Below are positions 46,714 through 52,020 of a stretch of 52,020 bases of DNA, one piece after another. Numbering within the stretch: the first letter of the stretch is position 1; each line of letters starts with the position of its first letter. This stretch comes from a virus. Taxonomy: Duplodnaviria > Caudoviricetes. Position numbers and translations under genes: made by a program. The notes below the pieces were generated by a model. That model was not told where the DNA came from. It was given only the letters and a program-made list of their open reading frames with translations, and did not search any database. Location: the IMG/VR virus record IMGVR_UViG_3300034375_010259, positions 1 through 52,020 of that record. One strand, given 5' to 3'.

Positions 46714-46977
46714 TCAATTATTAATACTAAAATCGATGTACTTTTGGCTCATTCGCCACCTTTTGCTGACACCGATCTTACCGTTAATTATATAATACCA
46801 ATCAATAAATGTCAATACCCCACCTTTCGAGGCGGCAAAATAGCAGTTTGGATGGTCGTCAAAAGGTCCGGTACCGCGTTTAAAGTACTTATAATAAGTA
46901 ATAGACTCGCCCTTAGCTCGTTTCTCTTGAAAGTAAAACGGTTTATCCGATTCTATGCATTCCTGTAAACTCGCCAC
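46714..46977 (-). CDS. hypothetical protein
   Basis: GTG start after GGAG; 87 aa. Confidence 0.55.
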   Translation of the reverse strand: MASLQECIESDKPFYFQEKRAKGESITYYKYFKRGTGPFDDHPNCYFAASKGGVLTFIDWYYIINGKIGVSKRWRMSQKYIDFSINN

Positions 46978-46979
46978 TA

Positions 46980-47219
46980 CTAAATCTCCGTATCCCCTGC
47001 ATGAGTGTTGTAGAAGTCTTCGATCTTATTCCGTTTATCAATGCAATGGGAAGCCAAAGTAGAATTTAAATTCGCGGCAAAATAAATAGACATGATATGA
47101 TACATCTCCCCAATGGGTAAATTATTCATTGACGCAAATTCAGCAATCGAATGATCTATACCTTTTAAGTCTTTCTTGCCTTTTTCTACGTGTTCAATTA
47201 AGTATTTAGTTACATCCAT
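46980..47219 (-). CDS. hypothetical protein
   Basis: TAAGGA RBS. Confidence 0.65.
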   Translation of the reverse strand: MDVTKYLIEHVEKGKKDLKGIDHSIAEFASMNNLPIGEMYHIMSIYFAANLNSTLASHCIDKRNKIEDFYNTHAGDTEI

Positions 47220-47251
47220 AATAGTTCCTTAGTGTTGTTTTAAATCTTTCA

Positions 47252-47467
47252 TTACAAATCCTTATCAGTTTCTTCAACCATACTCTTAAAATCATCAAAC
47301 AAGTCATCTACGATCTGATCATACGCATAAGACTCGCCATTTATCGAACAATAATCAACGCTATCCAAGACTGCATAACTTAAAACATCCGCCATCCCTT
47401 TTTTAATCTCTATTAGGTCTTCAGAAGCTAATAAATCTTTTAAAATCTTCAAAGTCTCTGGTTTCAT
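47252..47467 (-). CDS. hypothetical acidic protein
   Basis: GGGAGGT RBS after a promoter. Confidence 0.7.
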   Translation of the reverse strand: MKPETLKILKDLLASEDLIEIKKGMADVLSYAVLDSVDYCSINGESYAYDQIVDDLFDDFKSMVEETDKDL

Positions 47468-47497
47468 TTTTACCTCCCTTAAAGTTTCTTATACTTT

Positions 47498-47526
47498 ATA
47501 GTACAGGAAATCGTTTTAAAATGCAA
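47498..47526 (-). promoter_or_regulatory. sigma70-type promoter
   Basis: TTGCAT-17bp-TACTAT. Confidence 0.65.
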
Positions 47527-47603
47527 TCTTTTTGATAAAAAAAGTCTAAAAAATCCGCAAGTAGCTAACCCACCGAAATCACATGACTCGCGGAGCCTTC
47601 AAA

Positions 47604-47822
47604 CTATTCCTCCTTAGAAGTCTTCGTGCCATAAAAAAACACCGGACTGCTACCGTCCTCATATTCCTCAACTGCACTCGGATAATGTATCAAAACCCAT
47701 TGATGCGTCAACGCTAAAATCTCCCCCATCTACAACCCATGATCGTGAGCCATTTCCATAAGCACATTTTCATGATCCAATAAAACATCTCCCATTTTTC
47801 GAACTTTTAAGCTTTTACTCAT
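47604..47822 (-). pseudogene. 72-codon gene interrupted by an in-frame amber (TAG) at codon 31
   Basis: MSKSLKVRKMGDVLLDHENVLMEMAHDHGL*MGEILALTHQWVLIHYPSAVEEYEDGSSPVFFYGTKTSKEE; AAGGAG RBS. Confidence 0.6.
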
Positions 47823-48438
47823 TTGAACTCTCCTTTTTAGTTATAGCTCTATCAAAGTCTATCATATCCTTCAAAACATTATTCTTATACCTATCATCCT
47901 TCTCCGGATGCGTAAACTGATATTCAGCTAGCATAGCCAAATTACACAAAGCGTGCCACAAATGCGGCTTCCCCGACTCCGAATCCAGATCTTCCCCACC
48001 GTTAAATTTATACAAATGCCTTAAAGCACAATTAATAACCTTCGACCAGTCCATGCCCTTTCTCCAATTCTGGTCCGGATATTTACCACCATGCTTTTCG
48101 CTGTTCGCCATCAGTACGGAAGCGATCGCATATATTGCGGCTTCAGGGCATTGCGTCAGTTCAATTTTTCCGTCATTGAAGCGCAATCCCTCAGTGTTTC
48201 CAATATTGCCAATATTGCTGTCAATGTTGCTATCAATGTTGGATTTTTGTTGTGGTTGTTGATGGAACAATTCAATGTCTTGATTTTCTAAAATTCTGCC
48301 ATCCAAAGTAAATCGACTATGTCCAGTAACATCAAACCTAACTTTTATAGGATATTTTTCAAAGAAATTTATTTCAACAACCTTTCCTTTTTGATCTCTA
48401 AATCTAACCAAGTCGCCAGCCTTAAATTCTCTACTCAT
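47815..48438 (-). CDS. dATP/dGTP diphosphohydrolase-domain (DUF5664-like) protein with N-terminal SH3/KOW-like domain
   Basis: GLRFNDGK, KY..NWRKG, ALRHL, EDLDSESGKPHLWHALCNL. Confidence 0.85.
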   Translation of the reverse strand: MSREFKAGDLVRFRDQKGKVVEINFFEKYPIKVRFDVTGHSRFTLDGRILENQDIELFHQQPQQKSNIDSNIDSNIGNIGNTEGLRFNDGKIELTQCPEAAIYAIASVLMANSEKHGGKYPDQNWRKGMDWSKVINCALRHLYKFNGGEDLDSESGKPHLWHALCNLAMLAEYQFTHPEKDDRYKNNVLKDMIDFDRAITKKESSNE

Positions 48439-48463
48439 CTAAAACTCCTTATAAACTTAAAAA

Positions 48464-48715
48464 CTAATCAATACTTTCCTGCACTAATCTTTTCTTTAAA
48501 AGCAAAAAATTCCTATGCTTTTCAAACTGTCTTTTGATCCATGGTGTCATGTTATGTTTAGAATTTATGGATCTTTTCAACCATTCAAGCATTTTACGGT
48601 CCATTTCAGCCAAAGAAAGTTCTCCATTAAGCCTTAAACGGACTAACTTAGCCCAATAAGTCTCATACCGTTCTTCCCAATACTTTAAAGCTTCCGCATC
48701 CTTAAAAGTCTTCAA
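48464..48715 (-). CDS. hypothetical protein
   Basis: GGGGAGG RBS; TTGA overlap with the upstream gene. Confidence 0.65.
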   Translation of the reverse strand: MKTFKDAEALKYWEERYETYWAKLVRLRLNGELSLAEMDRKMLEWLKRSINSKHNMTPWIKRQFEKHRNFLLLKKRLVQESID

Positions 48716-49032
48716 AAGTCCTCCCCCGTTTTCAAATCCTTAGTCTTCAAATCTTTAATCTTCAAATCATTAAGCCTTTTAAACCTATTAACGGTCATCA
48801 AAGACTTCCCATTCCCATCACTCGGCAAATAACAATAAGCTCTATATTCTTGAAAGCCTGTCTTAACTAACCTAGCCAAACAATACTTTTCACCATATAG
48901 ATTTTTACAACCTTTAGAAGCCGTCAATAGGTTTTCTGTATCCGTATCATTCCAAGGCAAACTCGACTTATTAACTCGAACAGCCTCCGGACATACAGAC
49001 ATGATTAATAGTGCAGTAATCAGAAAATTCAC
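48712..49032 (-). CDS. secreted Cys-containing hypothetical protein
   Basis: Hydrophobic N-terminus; 4 Cys; GTG start after AAGGA. Confidence 0.6.
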   Translation of the reverse strand: MNFLITALLIMSVCPEAVRVNKSSLPWNDTDTENLLTASKGCKNLYGEKYCLARLVKTGFQEYRAYCYLPSDGNGKSLMTVNRFKRLNDLKIKDLKTKDLKTGEDF

Positions 49033-49043
49033 TTATAGTCCTT

Positions 49044-49595
49044 TTAAGGCTTGTTCGGGTTTTGTTGCCCATTAGCGTTTCCATTACCGTTGCCAGGGCT
49101 TTGTTGACCGTCATTGCCTTCACTGCCGTCAGTAGCTCCACCGCCTTCAGTACCGTCAGTAGCTTCATTGCCATTAGACTGTGAGTCTAAAAAATCCGTT
49201 AAATTATCAATACAATTCTGCTGATCCGCTTCCTCCGTGTACTGATCCTCGCAAAAACTTACAACGCCTTCCAAGTTAAGGGAAACTTCCGAGTCAAAAA
49301 AGCCTAACGCAGCCATAAAGCAATCATTACTCTCTTCCGTACCTTCACCAAACCGTCGATCGCATGTATCAGATACTTTATCGAAATCCATGACAAACTC
49401 TACCGGATCTGCATTGACCTGAATATCTTCAAATTCTACTTTGTCTATAGTAAGCCGACTTTCGCCTTGATTGGCTACGGTAATCTTTTCCGGAGTTCCG
49501 GAGATCTTGTGTTTAATACCACATGACGAGAATCCTAAAGCGGCTACGCCAATAAGCATGATTTTCATTTGTAATTTTTTAGTTTTTAAGTTCAT
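49044..49595 (-). CDS. lipoprotein with Cys pairs and Gly/Asn/Asp low-complexity tail
   Basis: Lipobox FSSC; two C-x10/11-C pairs; ATDG(T/S)EG repeats. Confidence 0.75.
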   Translation of the reverse strand: MNLKTKKLQMKIMLIGVAALGFSSCGIKHKISGTPEKITVANQGESRLTIDKVEFEDIQVNADPVEFVMDFDKVSDTCDRRFGEGTEESNDCFMAALGFFDSEVSLNLEGVVSFCEDQYTEEADQQNCIDNLTDFLDSQSNGNEATDGTEGGGATDGSEGNDGQQSPGNGNGNANGQQNPNKP

Positions 49596-49616
49596 TTTAA
49601 CTCCTTGGTAGGTTAT

Positions 49617-49645
49617 AGATTAGCAGATTTTTCAGGAGTTGTCAA
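49617..49645 (-). promoter_or_regulatory. sigma70-type promoter
   Basis: TTGACA-17bp-TAATCT with TG extension. Confidence 0.75.
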
Positions 49646-49653
49646 CTGTTTTT

Positions 49654-49796
49654 TAGGCTTTTTGGGCTTTTTTGGGCTTTTTTAGGCTTGGATGACCGTC
49701 AATAGCTTTTAAGCTTTAGTGACCGTCAATAGCTTTTAAGCTTTAGTGACCGTCAATAGCTTCTAAGCTTTATAGCTTTTAAACTTTACTTCTTCC
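49654..49796. repeat. three tandem 27-bp units (GACCGTCAATAGCTTTTAAGCTTTAGT) preceded by GGCTTTTT repeats
   Basis: Units start at 49694, 49721 and 49748. Confidence 0.95.
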
Positions 49797-50196
49797 TAGG
49801 ATTCTTATGAGTATAATCTTTCGATTCAAACATCGGACACCAATCATAATGCTGGCTCGGATTGGCTTTCGGATACAACTTCAAAACTCCACAAACGCAT
49901 TTAGACTTCAACGGCTTTGAATCTGGACTGTAGTCTCCAAAGTCTAATAGTCTTTCAAATTCATCCAGTAATTCGTCATCCCCCATGCGTTGGTAGACTT
50001 GATAACTCTGAAAAAGTATCCACATTGGAAGTCCGTTGTCAGGCTGTACTTGTATCGAAGCTCCCGATTTGTTTATAACTTTGCCTTGCATGACTTTCTG
50101 GACGCTATTAAAGATTTGAACATAATCCCCAATGCTTATTTTGTCCATGTCCAGGATAAACTTAAACTTTGATTGTACAGAACTATAATTATTCAT
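49786..50196 (-). CDS. hypothetical protein: SH3/KOW-like N-domain plus CxC..H..WC tail
   Basis: IGDYVQIF..QGKVI; CVCG..HYDWCP. Confidence 0.7.
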   Translation of the reverse strand: MNNYSSVQSKFKFILDMDKISIGDYVQIFNSVQKVMQGKVINKSGASIQVQPDNGLPMWILFQSYQVYQRMGDDELLDEFERLLDFGDYSPDSKPLKSKCVCGVLKLYPKANPSQHYDWCPMFESKDYTHKNPRKK

Positions 50197-50211
50197 TTAT
50201 GTCCTTTTTAG

Positions 50212-50317
50212 GCTTTAGTGACCGTCAATAGCTTTTAAGCTTTATAGCTTTTAAGCTTTATAGCTTTTAAGCTTTATAGCTTTTAAGCTTTATAGTTTTT
50301 AAACTTTACTTCTTTCC
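50212..50317. repeat. GACCGTCAATAGCTTT element plus four 16-bp units (GCTTTTAAGCTTTATA)
   Basis: Direct-repeat counterpart of 49740-49793. Confidence 0.95.
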
Positions 50318-50432
50318 AATTGGCGTTTTCATTAAACACAACGCTGGCTTAACAGGATATAAAATATCTCCCACAGTCATTTTGTTATCACAAACCACAT
50401 CATTAAAATACCCTTTACAAGTATTTAATATA

Positions 50433-50792
50433 TTACAACCCTACGTCTAATAAAACAAGATAAACTTTCTTACCATCATGATGCACTATCGAAGGAAACC
50501 CGTAAAGAGTTTGAAACTCCTTCCACTGCTTACCAGTCTTCGGAAGCTCTACTTGCTTTTCCAGGTCGTAATTATCTAACAACTCCTTTTCAAGTTCATC
50601 ACAAGCCGTATGCATTTCTCTACTTTTTTGATCCAACTCTTCTCTGGTTATCTCACCTTTTTTAAATCTTGTATATTCTTTCTGGTAATCATTACTAATA
50701 AGATCAAATCTTTCACGCCATTGCTCATTATAATCTTGATTATCAGCACCCTCTATAGGTCTTCCTGATTGTCTTTGTAAGGTTACTCTCAT
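50433..50792 (-). CDS. hypothetical protein
   Basis: AAGGAG RBS; ATGA overlap. Confidence 0.7.
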   Translation of the reverse strand: MRVTLQRQSGRPIEGADNQDYNEQWRERFDLISNDYQKEYTRFKKGEITREELDQKSREMHTACDELEKELLDNYDLEKQVELPKTGKQWKEFQTLYGFPSIVHHDGKKVYLVLLDVGL

Positions 50793-51055
50793 TTTAACTC
50801 CTTGGAAGTTTTTAATCGGTAGTAAATCATTACCGAAATGAATAAAATATTCGCCATGTAATTATATAGCAAGGGATTGATTCCAAAAACTTTTAAAGTA
50901 TAAACAAAAGCTAGAATCTCCCCTAAATACCATGGTACTAGCAAAGCCCACGGCACTGTACATTTTTTTGTTATGAAACATGATATAGTCTCTGGAAGTC
51001 CGCAAAAGGCTAGTAAAGCCGATCCAAGCCATCCAATAGTCTCAATTAGCTCCAT
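50789..51055 (-). CDS. PQ-loop / SemiSWEET-like 3-TM membrane protein
   Basis: IGWLGSALLAFCGLPE (PQ-loop position), three hydrophobic helices, PLLYNY..N; ATG at 51055. Confidence 0.7.
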   Translation of the reverse strand: MELIETIGWLGSALLAFCGLPETISCFITKKCTVPWALLVPWYLGEILAFVYTLKVFGINPLLYNYMANILFISVMIYYRLKTSKELK

Positions 51056-51224
51056 AAGGCGCTCCCATTTTTTTATACTCTTGAATATGCCTTTCCACTG
51101 ATTGCTCATTTTTCTTTATTAGTTCTGTAATGACCGTTCCTAGCTTTTTTCCTGGCAATAATAGGACTGTAGTGACCGTAAGTAGCAAAATACCCAAAAA
51201 CAGCTTATCATTTTTCTTTTTCAT
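51042..51224 (-). CDS. small membrane-anchored protein
   Basis: GGGAG RBS; basic N-terminus plus a TM segment. Confidence 0.55.
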   Translation of the reverse strand: MKKKNDKLFLGILLLTVTTVLLLPGKKLGTVITELIKKNEQSVERHIQEYKKMGAPYGAN

Positions 51225-51351
51225 AAGCGCTCCCAATAAGCTTCGCTAATAGACATGACCCTAGTAGCTTAAAAATTTAAAATCTAAATACCAAGTTCTT
51301 CTTCAAAAATAATCATTAAAACAAAAACCACAATAAGTATAATCTTTATCA

Positions 51352-51594
51352 CTATTTCTCCTTTGCGCTATTAAGCATTTCTTCAAAATAAACATCCCAA
51401 CACATCTCATCAAAAAACTCTTCATTAAACCAATCTACATCATCATGATGAAAATACTCTCCACAATACTTATCATACTTAAACTCATCCCACAACTCGT
51501 TTAATCTATCATCGTTTTCAAACTGCCAAGCTTCAAAGTCTTTTTCCAAAACTTCAAATTCTTCTTTTGTCAGTTTCTTTAAAATTGAGTTCAT
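51352..51594 (-). CDS. highly acidic first early protein (DNA-mimic candidate)
   Basis: AAGGAG RBS after a strong promoter; Asp/Glu- and aromatic-rich, 80 aa. Confidence 0.7.
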   Translation of the reverse strand: MNSILKKLTKEEFEVLEKDFEAWQFENDDRLNELWDEFKYDKYCGEYFHHDDVDWFNEEFFDEMCWDVYFEEMLNSAKEK

Positions 51595-51613
51595 TAAAAT
51601 TCTCCTTTTTAAA

Positions 51614-51642
51614 ATCTTAACATTTTATAAATTACTTGTCAA
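51614..51642 (-). promoter_or_regulatory. sigma70-type early promoter
   Basis: TTGACA-17bp-TAAGAT with TG extension and an AT-rich UP element. Confidence 0.8.
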
Positions 51643-51717
51643 TTATTTTTAAAAAAGTTTTCCAGGAATTTTAGCCTTTTTTATTTGTTGGAGGGAAGAT
51701 TCAATAATTTTTGTTTA

Positions 51718-51789
51718 TAAACAACTTTTATTAACTAAACAACTTTTATTGACTAAACAACTTTTATTGACTAAACAGAAATTATTGAC
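51718..51789. repeat. four tandem 18-bp units (TAAACAACTTTTATTGAC)
   Basis: Units start at 51718, 51736, 51754 and 51772 (last degenerate). Confidence 0.9.
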
Positions 51790-51886
51790 GAAAGTCGAAA
51801 AAAATTGCTTATAATGATAACCATCAATATTTTTTATTTATGACCCAATAATTTTTGTCTTTTTTTTATCATAACTAATTAAAATA

Positions 51887-51916
51887 ATAGTAACATACTA
51901 TATAAATTGTTGTCAA
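51887..51916 (-). promoter_or_regulatory. sigma70-type promoter
   Basis: TTGACA-18bp-TACTAT. Confidence 0.55.
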
Positions 51917-52020
51917 CTAGAATCTGTTTATCCAATAAATTCAGGGACTTATAACTTTTTTTTCTTTACTGTTTTTTTTCTTGACCGATTTTGATTAGAT
52001 TTAATTAAGAATTCAGCATT

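Noticed and set aside
47530-47815. tRNA or structured ncRNA in the apparent gap
   Set aside because: No cloverleaf or TTCGA T-arm in the right context; the gap is explained by the amber-interrupted gene and a regulatory motif.
34252-48438. 2-aminoadenine (Z) or deazaguanine modified-genome pathway
   Set aside because: A dATP/dGTP hydrolase-like domain and an odd PolA are present, but no PurZ, DatZ, or Que/Dpd genes are recognisable.
49694-49796. CRISPR mini-array
   Set aside because: The 27-bp repeats are directly adjacent with no unique spacers, and there are no cas genes; the same applies to 51718-51789.
42095-50230. TTGACG in the dispersed element as sigma70 -35 boxes
   Set aside because: No acceptable -10 hexamer 16-18 bp downstream in the copies checked; real promoters lie separately nearby.
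1-52020. Genome-wide TAG-to-Gln recoding (genetic code 15)
   Set aside because: All long genes are intact in code 11, several end at TAG next to the following gene start, only one internal TAG was found, and no suppressor tRNA was seen.
1-52020. Terminal repeats, att sites, integrase or repressor (prophage state)
   Set aside because: The two window ends do not match each other, and no recombinase, HTH repressor or flanking host genes were recognised. A small missing segment cannot be excluded.

Overview
The window looks like a nearly complete (~52 kb) genome of a tailed dsDNA phage with a podovirus-like (P22/T7-type short tail) virion, split into two convergent arms. The + arm (~320-33345) carries packaging, head, tail, ejection, many fibre/decoration genes, two free-standing homing endonucleases, lysis-type genes and a RusA resolvase. 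The - arm (~51594-33293) carries early accessory genes and replication genes: primase, D5/SF3-like helicase, RecE-like exonuclease and a family A DNA polymerase. I saw no integrase, repressor, RNA polymerase, tRNA, CRISPR array or terminal repeat. The most unusual signals are in the early arm. (i) An AT-rich island (~43.8-46.7 kb) has gene junctions that share one ~30-bp repeat carrying the RBS and stop/start; in it a CCNGG-type C5 methyltransferase appears to have been captured into the start of an ankyrin gene. (ii) A dispersed 16-bp element, GACCGTCAATAGCTTT, has AGCT arrays at 8-bp periodicity. (iii) An IHF-like bipartite motif sits at the genome ends and at a candidate origin. Other oddities are a probable ATT start codon on the main tail fibre, a ClpP-like protease with a signal peptide, a deviant L762 PolA, an amber-interrupted gene and a compensated double frameshift. 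All calls come from reading motifs by eye; no database searches were run.
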